64,000 bases of DNA from NCBI RefSeq assembly GCF_004010195.1, contig NC_057750.1, forward strand, positions 8,461,294 to 8,525,293. Reading direction: 5' to 3'. The DNA is from Chiloscyllium plagiosum (taxonomy: Eukaryota). This document shows positions 50,426 to 62,916 of the stretch, piece by piece. The notes beneath the pieces are model-generated. The model did not search any database. It was not told the origin of the DNA and saw only the letters and a list, made by a program, of their open reading frames with translations. Made by a program: the position numbers and the translations under genes. Positions within the stretch are counted from its first letter, which is position 1. The number at the start of each line of letters is the position of its first letter.

Positions 50426-53400
50426 AAACCTATACTGCTAACTGACATAGCAGTGCATGTGCACAGTTACTGCCTTCACTGTTTGAGTTCATGTATCTCT
50501 GGACATCGGAGTGTGTCTAGGAAAATTTAACAAACAGTGAAATTCACCTTGGAGGAACCTGCGTGGGAGAGCTCACAGCACAGGAACAGAAAAGTGCATA
50601 GTTTTTAACCTGTAACCTTGCTGTAAGTCTGCAGTAATGAGTAGAGTGGGTTGTTTCTTGATTATATGTTTTATTGAGATCTGTTTCTTGATTACATTTT
50701 GAAAATACAAACCATAAGTACTAAGTTAGCCTGAAGCACTTTTTTTAGAGCAATAAGACAATGCTATTTTCTGGATCTGTAGATTGTGAAAGAGCGAAGA
50801 TTGCCTTTAGTAGAGTGATGTGCTCTTCCTGTCAGATGTGGCAGTTTAGGGAGAGTTTCCACGCTACTGATGATTATGTCTGCAAGAAGTGTCTTTGGTT
50901 GCGAATCTTAACAGATAGCCTGGATTGGTTGGAATGGCAGTTAGAGGCAATAAGGAATTTACAAGAGCTAAGGGGTGTGATGGATGGCAGTTATAGGAAG
51001 GGAGAAAAGCTGCAAATACAGTCAGGTAGATGGGTTAACTCCAGGAAAGGTAGGCGGGGTAGGTAGGTAGGGCAGGGGTCTACTGTGGCTATCTCCATTT
51101 CAAGCAAGTATGCTGTTTTGGAAAAAGCAGGGGATGATGACTCTCAGGAGAATGTAGCATGAACAGCCAAGTTTCTGGTATCGAGACGGGCTCTAATGTA
51201 ATGAGGGGTACGCCGGGTTCCAAGCGATCGATTGTGATAAGGGACTCTCTATTTAGAGGCACAGACAGATGTTTCTACGTCCAGCAGAGAAAAATCAGAA
51301 TGGTGTGTTGCCTTCCTGGTGCTAGGATCAAGGATATCTCGGAGAGGGTGCAGAATGTTCTCAAAGGGGAGAGGGACCAGCAGGAGGTAATTGTACACAT
51401 TGGAAGTAATGATGTGGAAGGGGATAAGGATGAAATTGTGAGGGGAGAGTGTAGAAAGTTAGGCAGGAATTTAAAAAGGAGGTCCTTGAGAGTAGTAATA
51501 TCTGCATTACTCCCAGTGCTACGAGCCAGTGAGGGTAGGAATAGGAGGATAGGAAAATTAATGCGTGGCTGAGGAGCTGGTGCAGGGGAAAAGGGTTTTT
51601 GAATCATTGGACTCTCTTCTATGCCAGAATTGACCTGTACAAGAAGGACAGATTGCACCCGAATTCAAAGGGGACTAATATACCGGCTGGAAGATTTGCT
51701 AGAGTTGCTCGGGAGGATTTAAACTAGTAAGGTGGGTGGGGGTGGGATCCAGGGAAATAGTGAGGAAAGAGATCAAGCTGAGATTGGTACAGTTGGAAAA
51801 AGGAGCCAGTCAAACAGTCAGGGCAGGGAGGAACAAAGCAGACAATAAGGTAGGACTAATAAATTAAACTGCATTTACTTCAATGCAAGAGGTCTAACAG
51901 GGAAGGCAAACGAACTCAAGGCATGGTTGGGAACATAGAATTGGGATATCATAGCAACTACAGAAAAATGTGGCTCAGGGATGGACAGGACTGGCAGCTT
52001 AATGTTCCAGGATACAAATGCTATAGGAAAGGCAGAAAGGGGGGCAAGAGAGGTGGTGGAGTGGCATTTTTGATAAGGGATAGCTTTACAGCTGTACTGA
52101 GGGAGGATGTTCCTGGGAATACATCCAGGGAAGTTATTTGGGTGGAACTGAGAAATAAGAAAGGGATGTTCACCTTATTGGGTGGGCGGCACAGTGGTTA
52201 GCACTGCTGCCTCATAGCGCCAGAGACTTGGGTTCAATTCCCGCCTCAGGCGACTCTCTGTGTGGAGTTTGTACATTCTCCCCGTGTCTGCGTGGGTTTC
52301 CTCCGGGTGGTCCGGTTTCCTCCCACAATCCAAAAATGTGCAGGTTAGGTGGATTGGCCATGCTAAATTGCCCGTAGTGTTAGGTGAAGGGGTAAATGTA
52401 GGGGAATGGGTCTGGGTGGGTTGCGCTTCGGTGGGTCGGTGTGGACTTTTTGGGCCGAAGGGCCTGTTTCCACACTGAGTAATCTAATCTAATCTAAAAA
52501 ATTATAGACCCCCTAATAGTCAATGGGAAATTGAGACACAAATTTGTAAGGAGATCTCGGTTATCTGTCAGAATAATAGGGAGGTTATGGGAGGGAATTT
52601 TAACTTTCCAAACATAGACTGGGACTGCCATACTGTTAAGGGTTCAAATGGAGAGGAATTTAAGTGCGTACAAGAAAGTTTTCTGATTCAGTATGTGGAT
52701 GTACCTACCAGATAAGGTGCAAAACTTGACCTACTCTTGGGAAATAAGGCAGGGCAAGTGACTGAGGTGTCAGTGGAAGAGCACTTTGGGCCTAGTGACT
52801 ATAATTCTATTAGTTTGAAATAGTGATGGAAAGGTAGACTGGATCTAAAAGTTGAAGTTCTAAATTGGAGGAAGGCCAATTTTGACGGTATTAGGCAAGA
52901 ACTTTCAAAAGCTGATTGGGGGCAGATGTTCACAGGTAAAGGGACAGCTGGAAAATGGGAAACCTTCAGAAATGAGATAACGAGAATCCAGAGACGGTAT
53001 ATTCCTGTTAAAGTGAAAGGAAAGGCTGGTAGGTGTAGGGAATGCCGAATGACTAGAGACATTGAGGTTTTAGTTAACAAGAAGAAGGAAGCATATGTCT
53101 GATATAGACCGCAGAGATCGAGTGAATCCTTAGAAGAGTATAAAGGCAGTAGAAGTATACTTAAGAGTGAAATCAGGAGGGCAAAACGGGGACATGAAAT
53201 AGCTTCGGCAAATAGGGTTAAGGAGAATCCAAGAGATTTATAAATACATTAAGGACAAAGGGGTAACTAGGGAGAAAATAGGGCCCCTCAAAGATCAGCA
53301 AGGCGGTCTTTGTGTGGAGCTGCAGGAGATGGGGGAGATGTAAATGAGTATTTTGCATCAGTATTTACTGTGGAGAAGGACATGGAAGATATAGAATATG

Positions 53401-54853
53401 GGGAAATAGATGGTGACGTCTTGAAAAATGTCCATATTTCAGAGGAGGAGGTGCTGAATGTCTTGAAACACTGTCTTGAAACATCTTGAAATCCCCAGGA
53501 CTTGATTAGGTGTACCCTAGACTCTGTGGGAAGCTAGGGAAGTGATTGCTGGACCCCTTGCTGAGATACTTGTATCATCAATAGTCGCAGATGAGGTGCT
53601 GGAAGACTGGAGGTTGGCTAACGTGGTGCCACTATTCAAGAAAGGTGGTAAGGAAAAGCCAAGGAACTATAGACCAGTGAGCCTGACATCGGTGGTGGGC
53701 AAGTTGTTGGAGGGAATCCTGAGGGACAGGATTTACATGTATTTGGAAAGGCAAGGACTGAATAGGGATAGTCAGCATGGCTTTGTGTGTGGGAAATCAT
53801 GTCTGATGAACTTGATTGAGTTTTTTGAAGAAGTAACACACAGACAGCGCAGTAGACGTGATCCATATGGACTTCAGTAAGGTGTTTAACAAGGTTCGTG
53901 TTGGGAGACTGGTTAGCAAGGTTAGTTCTCATGGAATACAGGGAGAACTAGCCATTTGGATACAGAACTGGCTCGAAGGTAGAAGACAGAGGGTGGTGGT
54001 GGAGGATTGCTTTTCAGAGTGGAGATCTGTGACCAATAGTGTACCACAAGGATCGGTGCTGGGTCCATTGCTTTTCGTCTTTTATATAAATGATTTGGAT
54101 GTGAACATAGGAGGTATAGTAAGTAAGTTTGCAAAATTGGAGGTGTAGTGGACAGTGAAGAAGGTTACCTCAGAGTACAATGGGACCTTGATCAGATGGG
54201 CCAATGGGCTGAGGAGTGGCAGATGGAGTTTAATTTAGATAAGTGTGAGGTGTTGCATTTTGGAAAAGCAAATCAGGGCAGGACATAATGGTAAGGTCCT
54301 GGGGATTGTTGCTGAACAAAGAGACCTTGGAGTGCAGTTTCTTGTCCCTTGAAAGTGGAGTCACAGGTAGATAGGTTGGTGAAGAAGGTGTTTGGTATGC
54401 TTTCCTTTATTAGAGCATTCAGTGTAGGGGTTTGGAGGTCATGTTGCGGCTGTACAAGATATTGGTTAGGCCGTTTTTGGAAAATTGTGTGCAGTTCTGG
54501 TCTCCTTCCTTTCAGAAGGATGTTGTGAAGCTGAAAGGGTTCAGAGAAGGTCTACAAGGATGTTGCAGCTATAGGACGAGGCTGAATAGGCTGGGCCTTT
54601 TTTCCCTGGAGTGTTGGAGGCTGAGGTGAGGGGTGACCTTATAGAAGTTTATAAAATCATGAGGCGTATGGATAGGTTAAATAGACAAGGTACCTAGGGT
54701 GGGGGAGTCCAGAACTAGAGGGCATAGTTTTAGGGTGAGAGAGGAAATGCTGGCCAAATGCTGGCAAATGGGACTTGATTTGGTTAGGATATCTGGTCAG
54801 CACGGGCGAGTTGGACCGAAGAGTCTGTTTCCGTGCTGTACATCTGTATGACT
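50426..54853 (+). mobile_element. Near full-length decayed CR1/HER1 LINE (ORF1 zinc finger + SGNH esterase; ORF2 APE + RT)
   Basis: CSSCQMW...VCKKC; RDSLFRG, CLPGA, VHIGSND; NYRPVSLTSVV, PQGSVLGP; 3' tail. Many stops and small deletions. Confidence 0.94.
52184..52497 (+). mobile_element. HE1-type V-SINE nested in the CR1 APE region
   Basis: tRNA head, V-domain and (AATCT)n tail. Confidence 0.92.
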
Positions 54854-57103
54854 GTTGTTCTGAAACATATAATTTGGGCTCTTGTTCAAATCTCAGCCAG
54901 AACCTAATTGTTAAGGTGACAAGAGGAGGGCAAGTATCTCTCCATGTTTAATTATTTCCCTTTCTCATTGCCTGCAGGGGTGTAAAATGCCAGCCTAGGA
55001 AATATATTCCTATTGCATTCCAGCACAGGAGGTGGTCTTTTGTCCCATTCTATCTGTACTGTGAAATCTCACCGATTTCTCTTCCCTATATTCTTGTACT
55101 GTCCTCTGCTTCATGCCTTTATTGACTTTGCCCTTATTAAGATACAATGGTCTCCAGCTTAGTGATTCCCCAAAGCAAAGCATTCCAAGCTTCTTCATTC
55201 CGCATGCAGACTCTTCATCTGTCCCCACTCTCAGACAGTGTCATGTCAGTCCCCACCCAAGATGCCTGCCTCCACACTCTGTCTAACACCAGGAAAATTG
55301 TATCCATAATGAATTAGAAATGAATCAGTGCCAGGTGTTGTGCATGTAGGTGATTGTGACTTCAGTTGCCTGGGCCCAAACTTTGGAATTCCCTACATGA
55401 ATCTCTCCCTCTCTCTCTCTGGGTCACAATCTCTCTCTCTCTCTCTGCCTGTCTCACAATCTCTCTCTCTCTCTGCCTGTCTCTAAGAAGCTCCTTAAAA
55501 CCTACTCTCTGACCAAAATGTTGGTCACCTTTTCTAAAATCCCTCGGACAGTTATTGCCGATAACCATAATAATGTGAACTATAAAGATGCTATATTTTT
55601 GCAAGTTGTTCTTTGGAAGCAATCTTCCTCACTGCACAACAAAAAAATTAAGTTTTTTAAAAATTCAAAACCATTAACCTGTGACCAGCAACTACCGAAG
55701 AGTCTTAAGAATATACAGTGATATCAAATTTTGCTGAGGGCATTAAGACAAGCATAAGGCACAGAACTTACATATTGAGGGACCTAGCTCCTAGGTTTAG
55801 TCAGCTATCAAAATGTACTTTGTCCACGAGAAATTAGATTCCCAAAACTAATCTGGTATCCATTTTATACCTGAATATATTGTGTTGTTTGTTCCTCAAT
55901 TCAAAGGTGAGACCTGCTCAGGCTTGTGAATTTCTCTTATGGATTTAAATTAAATTCACATTCAGCCTAATTCTTTGCGAGGGAATCAGAGGTTATGGGG
56001 GCTAGAATGGAGCATGGAATTCAAAACACAATCAGATTGCCGTGATCTTCTCGAATGGTGGAACATGCTCCAAGGGCCTATTCTGTCTTCTAATTCCTAT
56101 GTTTGTATATGATTGAACAGGCCAGTCCTTAACCTGCAGAGCTGGTGGGGCCTGGAGGGTAGGATGTGCTTCCTTTCCATTCCTCCTCTCTGCGGATTTG
56201 CTTCATCGTTAAGGCATTGGGACTTAAAGTTTAATGCAGCTTGACAGACAGATTGTCGCCATTTTGAACAATTGGAAGCAGATTCCTTAAAGATGAATGT
56301 CAGAATATCCTTGAAACTGTATCCTTGTCCTCCCCCGGAAGATTGGCCATTTGACAATTGATGGTGCATTATCTGATATACTGGAGCTAATTTTTACAGT
56401 TTTGCCTCAACACATTTGTGTGTATTAATATAGATAAATATAAAATCATTAATAACAACTTGATTTAACTAAAAGAACATGACACATGTTTGGTGTATCT
56501 TAAGAGACCTTCATTCCACAATAGGCCAGCGGTGAAATAATAATTTGGAGAGGAACTCCTCATATGCAGTGATGAATCTGACACTTGGAAATTAGTTATG
56601 TTACTTTTGAAGAATCCCTCTTCCTCTCACTGTCTCTGTCTCTTTAATTTTGGGTATTTTTTGGCATTCAGTGATTCAGCCACTTCAAAGCTGCCTTCGA
56701 TTTACTGTGGTGATTGCATGCTCTGTACAGAGACCTCTCCCTGTTCAAGAACACTGAGGTCCTGAATCATGTATGGCTCTTTCACACAGAGAATGAATGT
56801 TACACTAAATTATTCAGCCAGGCTCTATGCAGCAGAATGATTTCCTTTGTAGGTGAGGGTTTTGTGTATGCGTGTATGTCTGTCGCTACCAGCGCAATTT
56901 CCTTTTTACTTACCAGCGTCTGTTCGGCAAGGTCATCCACTATGTAAATTTGATCAGATTTATTTTCGCTGGGAGAAGGTGGGAGCTGAATACGGCCATT
57001 GACTCAAAGCACGGCTTTTTAAAAAATAGTGCAGCTGCGTCCTAAACCCCATCCTGTGTGATTTTTTAACAATCTTTTCTTGTTGCGTTGCAAATTTGGC
57101 CTC

Positions 57104-57113
57104 ATGACGTCAT
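57104..57113. promoter_or_regulatory. Perfect palindromic CRE (ATGACGTCAT) in unique sequence
   Basis: The motif is seen directly; function is unproven. Confidence 0.35.
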
Positions 57114-58156
57114 TTAAGGAATTGACATTAGCAATCATTGTTAGCTTCCAGTTGTGGGGAGCACAGTTTCCAGGTCAAAGAGACAGGAACCTATTGGCCT
57201 AAGACGTAGTGATTGAGAAATTCAAGAGAGCACACGGGAACCATTTTAGTTTACTACTTGATCTGCTTGGTTTCATTTTAGGTTTATTATCTGGTGTTCT
57301 CTGATATCCTCTACGTTCCCTTTAAGCAGACTGGCAGGGAATGATGTCTCCCGCCCCAGTTTCATCCTAGAAGAGAATACGATAATTGATTGTGCCCCTC
57401 AATTTCCATTTTTGTTTGTCAGCTGTGGTTCAGCCTTCTTGCCTCAGACCAGGTTCAGGCCCCACTCCAGTGGAGGAGGGATGGGGGAAGAGCACAAAAA
57501 TAAAGACCGGTACTCCAATGCATTACAGAGCAGGTGCAGTTTTGTTTGAGGTGCCCTCTTTGCTGCTCTGTCTGCTGCTGCACCACTTCAAGGAAGTGCA
57601 GGGTCAAGTTTTCCGCTGTGTACTGGCCTGACCAAAATTGCTTCCTCCATCAGCATCGCAGTTGTGGTCATTTTCACACTGCTGCTCTATTGGAGTTTGC
57701 TGTGCACAGATTGGCAGCCATGTTTCTTACATTATAACTTCAAAAAATGCCTTTGGTTGTGAGACATGAAAATGGCGATACAAATAATCTTTTTTTCACA
57801 AAGAATCGGAGTACTGATTCATTAGTCCAGATGGTAGAGGGGATTGGTGGGTGCTGTACATGGTTAGCAGCAGGAGGTTGCCTTGCCCATGTTTGACCTG
57901 ATGTCATGAAACTACCTGTGGTCCAGAAACAATGATGAGGATTCTCAGGGTGAGTATCTCCCAACTGTATACTACCGTGCAGCCACCCCTGCTGATGAGA
58001 CAAGACAAACCCATGGATGATGATAGTGGTGTCTGGGACATTGTCTGTAAGATATGATTCTCTGAGTATGACTGTATCAGGCTGTATTTCTTGATTAGTC
58101 TGTGGGACAGCTCTCCGACTTGTGACAATTGTCCCTCAAGCTGTTAATCTGTAGGA

Positions 58157-58602
58157 TGTAAAACTTGAAAGGGTGCAGAAAAGATTTACTAGGATGCTAC
58201 CAGGACTGGAGGGTTTGGTTGTAGGGAGAGGCCGAATAGAGGAGTGAATTTCCCTGGAGCTTTGGAGGCTGAGGGGTAACTTTATAGAGGTTTATAAATC
58301 ATAGGATGAATAGCCAAGATCTTTTTCCTAGGTTTGGGGTGTCCAAAACTAGAAGGCATAGGTTCAAGGTGAGAGGGGCAAGAGTTAAAAGGGAACTAAG
58401 GGGCAACGTTTTCACATGGTGGGCAGTGCCTGTATGGAAGAGCTGCCAGAGGGAGTGGTGGAGGCAGGTGCAGTTACAACATTTAAAAGGTATCTGGATG
58501 GGCATATGAATAGGAAGGATTTAGAATGATATGGGCCAAATGTTGGATATCTGGTCAGCATTGGACTGATGGGTCTGCTTCCATGCTATATGAGTCTATG
58601 AC
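58157..58602 (+). mobile_element. CR1/HER1 3' fragment
   Basis: KTRRHRFKVRGARVKRELRGNVF and the tail. Confidence 0.88.
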
Positions 58603-60909
58603 CCTTTGAGGACTTTGTAGGTTCAACAAGGCTGATCTTATGTGGTCCATCCAGTTTCATTTCTTTGAGACATTTTAGCAGTTGATAAAATTGGCTGCCT
58701 TGTTGGGGCCATTTCACAGGGCAGTTAAGAATCAACTGGGTTGCCATGGGTCTGGAGTCACGTGTAGGTCAGACTGTGTAACGATGGCAAATTTCCTTCC
58801 CTAAAGGGCATTAGTAAATTAGATGGGTTTTGCAATATTTTGCCTTCCCTATTAGTACATTGCTTGCCAGTTTGAATTCCCATTTGACCAGAGCAGGTGA
58901 TGACCTTCTCTAAAGGGCTTTAGTGAATCAGACAATGGTTCAATGATCATGATTAAACTTTTAATTTCATAATTTCAAAAAGAAAAATCAAGCTCCACTA
59001 TTTGGTGTGGTAGGATTCGAACCTGTGTCCCCATAACAGTACCTGGGTGTCCAGCAACAATACCATTATTCTGTCACCTAGCAGAGAGGTTTAAGGGGAG
59101 AATTCCAGAGTCAAGGCCGCTGAAGGCATGGCTGCCAATGGTGGAGTGATTGAAATTGGGGTTGCAAAGAATTAGAGGAGTACACATATTTCAGAGGGAC
59201 TCCCATCAGGAAACCTCGCTTTAGACTAAGGTCCTCTCATTCACTGCACTGCACCAAGTCCAAGTGAGCTGAGCCCCTTCTTATTCACTCCCACTAAATA
59301 TGATCCCACTTGCTGAAAGCTCTTCCTTTTTACTCCCATTATAAACTATTTCAATCGATCAGTTTTATCCCAGTGTAGAGAATTACAAGCCTCCTATAAT
59401 TAGCAGCCTTGACCTATGGACTTCTGTAATTAACCTATTATAATTAGTAACATACCAATTGGAAAAAATTGGATTCAAGTGGGATTAGGAAGCGCATCTT
59501 AAAACTACTAGTTAAAATGTTAATTCACAATATGTATTATTTAACGGCATACACATTTTAAAATATTTATCTAAATGTAATCCACTAGAATTTAACAAAA
59601 AATGCATAGGCGTAAACTCAATGGAAATCTTGCACTGAATATGACTTGGAACTCACTGCCATGAGAACTCAAATAGCAGAGATGCCTCTATGGGGGCAAT
59701 GGATAAACTGATGAGGGAGAAAGGAATATGTGAAAAGGTTGGACAGGCTCTGCTTGTATTCACTGGAGTTTAGAGGGAACTTAATTGAAATGTATATGAT
59801 CCTGAAGGGTCTTGACACAATAGACATGAAAGCAGGTTTGCTCATGTGGGAGAATCTTGAATTAGGTATCACTATTTAAAAACACAGGGATGGTGGGAAT
59901 AATGAGGAGAAATGTGAAACTTTGGAAATCTCTTTCTCAAAATGTGGAGGAAGCAGAATCTTTGAATACTTTTAAAGTAGAGGTGAATAAATTCTTGATG
60001 AGCAAGGGGATGATTGGTTATCTGGGGTGGGGGGGGTAAGGTGGGAATATGGAACAATCAGATCTCTTATAGAATGGCAAACAGGTTGGAGGGGCAGAGT
60101 GGCCTTTTCCTGATCATAATTCATATGAATGGCAGGTTACATTGATGGGTTGCAAAATGAAGGATGGAATCAAGGTCATGTGGAGAATAAGTGCTAGCAT
60201 GGACCTGTTGGGCTGAATAACCTCTTCCTACCCCGTAAATTCTATGCAAGTATGATTTATCAAAGATTTGAAAACTTCATTGAATTATAAGTCACTGGCA
60301 AATTGATCAGAATTGAATGATTAAGGTAACAGTGTAAAATGAAAATAAGGTAACAGCTCCTTTACAAAAGTAGCAATAAATTTAGCTTGCTATTTAAAGT
60401 ATTGGAAACCCACAATTTTAAGTTCTGCACTCTGGAGCCATACACCCTTCTCACCTTTTTTGTCACTAAACTGTAAAGGAACATTTGACGAGGAAGACAA
60501 GGTGATTCTCATCGCTACTTCTGCAGGACGGAGTTATTCAGTTGAGGAGTTTCACTTTGAAAAGATGTGACACAGAGAAGCCCTGCTGAAGAAATGTAAG
60601 GCATTAAATCACAGAGATAAATCCAACCTGGAATTAACTTTGACTTATACCAGTTTATTTGTACAGATTAAAGTTGGTGAGAGGGAAGTTCAGTACAACA
60701 ATTGGCTTTCAAAGTATGGGTAACTTTGGGGTTCTTTAAGATTTTGAAACTCTCATCCATATTTTTCAAATCCTGCCATGAGATTCCACCTCCCTATGTC
60801 AAATTTGTTCCAACCCTCTCATCTTCTGAGATCTCTGCAGTCCTCAATCTCTGATTCCATGATTTTTGTCATTTCTCTGCGAATTTCACAATCTAGAATT
60901 CCCTCCCTG

Positions 60910-61042
60910 AACATTCCTGATGAAGGGCTTTTACCCAAAGCGTCGATTCTCCCGCTCCTTGGATGCTGCCTGACTTGCTGAACTTTTCCAGCACCACGCT
61001 CTTTACTCTAATCTCCAGCATCTGCAGTCCTCACATTCGCCC
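60910..61042 (+). mobile_element. PLE terminal fragment with decayed hammerhead core
   Basis: CTGATGAAGGGCTTTTACCC-AAAG (GAAA box mutated). Similar to 37812-37948. Confidence 0.65.
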
Positions 61043-62011
61043 ATCCTCTTGTCTCTGCCTTTGTCTCTCATTTTTTAAAGATGCTGTTCAGAACCTTCCT
61101 CTTTGACCAAGGGTTTGGTCAGCTGTCCTAATTTCTCCCAATGCTGCTCAACTTTTGTTTGTTTACAACTCTACTGATGCATTTTGGGCTGCTTTAAGGT
61201 TTAAGTTGATTGAAATGTAGAAAATAGGAGTAGGCCACTGACACATGACTTAAGGAAGGCCAGGCACTGCATTCAATTGTTCTCTACTATGAAGTGGCTT
61301 TATCAGAATATTCATATTTAGCTAAGACTAACCAAACAAGACCTCTCCACTTAGTGTCAGAGGCTCTGTCAGATCAGCGCACAATACAGTCCTATCTGCT
61401 GCTCCTGGCATTTCTTCTGTATTCACCAGGTGGTGGTAAACTTTTCTGACAGTATATCTTATGATCTATATCAGTGGATTAGATTAACTGTAACTGCTAT
61501 AAATAAGATGATCGTGAGTGATACCAAAATTCACCATGCGTTTGATCATGAAAGGTGTAGACCATAGGAGGCTAGCAATGGATGGATCGAGTGGGCAGAA
61601 AAGTAGCAATTAGGAATTCAGTCAGGTAATGCATGATCTAATACATTGGGGAGGGCAAAAATTTGTAATACCTGTCTGGTTCACTGAATGACCTTTAGAG
61701 AAGGAAATCTGCAATCCTTACCCAGTCTGACCTACAGACCCATAGCAATCGCATTGACTCTTATATACCTTCTGAAATGGTCTAACAAGCCGTTCAATTC
61801 AAGAGCAAGTAGGAATGAGCAACAAATGCTGGCTTTGTCAGCAACACCCTTGTCCCATTAGAGAATAAACTATAGGGGAAAAAATAAGATTCTATGAAGT
61901 GTGGAAAATTAAAAATCCTTGGCAAGGAATGTCCGACGTAGGAAGACAAGTAGATAAGGTGGTCAAGGCAGCAAACAGATATTTCCCTTTACTGGCCAGG
62001 TCATAGACTAT

Positions 62012-62460
62012 GGATTCTGGATTAGTGGTGCTGGAAGAGCATAGCAGTTCAGGCAGCATCCAAGGAGCAGCGAAATCGATGTTTCGGGCAAAAGCCCTTC
62101 ATCAGGAATAAAGGCAGTGAGCCTGAAGCGTGGAGAGACCAGCTAGAGGAGGGTGGGGGTGGGGAGAAAGTAGCATAGAGTACAATGGGTGAGTGGGGGA
62201 GGGGATAAAGGTGATAGATCAGGGAGGAGAGGGTGGAGTGGATAGGTGGAAAAGGAGATAGGCAGGTAGGACAGGTCCGGACAAGTCATGGGGACAGTGC
62301 AGAGCTGGAAGTTTGGAACTAGGTTGAGGTGGGGGAAGGGGAAATGAGGAAACTGTTGAAGTCCACATTGATGCCCTGGGGTTGAAGTGTTCCGAGGCGG
62401 TATTTAAGATGAGGCGTTCTTCCTCCAGGCGTCTGGTGGTGAGGGAGCGGCGGTGAAGGA
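62012..62460 (-). mobile_element. Penelope-like element 3' end (ORF C-terminus, terminal repeat, hammerhead at 62075-62109)
   Basis: Minus-strand peptide remnants RRLEEERLI / RLGTLQPQGINVDF. Perfect 18-bp flanking duplication GGCCAGGTCATAGACTAT (61994-62011 and 62461-62478). Same family as 36759-37948. Confidence 0.88.
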
Positions 62461-62916
62461 GGCCAGGTCATAGACTATAAGAGCAGGAAGTCTATGCTTG
62501 AACTGTAATAAAAAATAAACACCAGTTAGGCCACAGTTCAAGTGCTGTGCACATTTCTGGTCACTGCATTACAGGAAGGATGTTATTGCACTTGGGAGCG
62601 TACAGTCAAGATTTATGGGGATGTTGTTGGGAATGGAGAATTTTAGTTGTCAGGCAGGATTGCACACATTAGATTTTCTTGGGGCTGGAGGAAGTTGAGG
62701 GAGACCTCCTCCTGTCCTGCCTTGAGCTCTTTCTTGCCTGGAGGTTGGGGATCATGCTCTGCCTCTGTCCTCCCTTCAGGCAACATCCTCACAGTCCACT
62801 GTACTCATCGACCCCTCTCTCAGCTGCCCTATGGAAGAAATCTCTGTCCCATTTCAGCTCTGAAAAAAATCCTGCGAAACCCTGGCATTAACTTCTCTGG
62901 ATGTCACTTTTTAAGA

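Noticed and set aside
50761..51572. Zinc-finger and SGNH esterase ORFs as a novel enzyme gene
   Set aside because: This is the known CR1 ORF1 architecture, here broken by stops.
55400..55485. Short direct repeat CACAATC(TC)nTGCCTGTCTC
   Set aside because: Microsatellite slippage inside an old L2-like tail.
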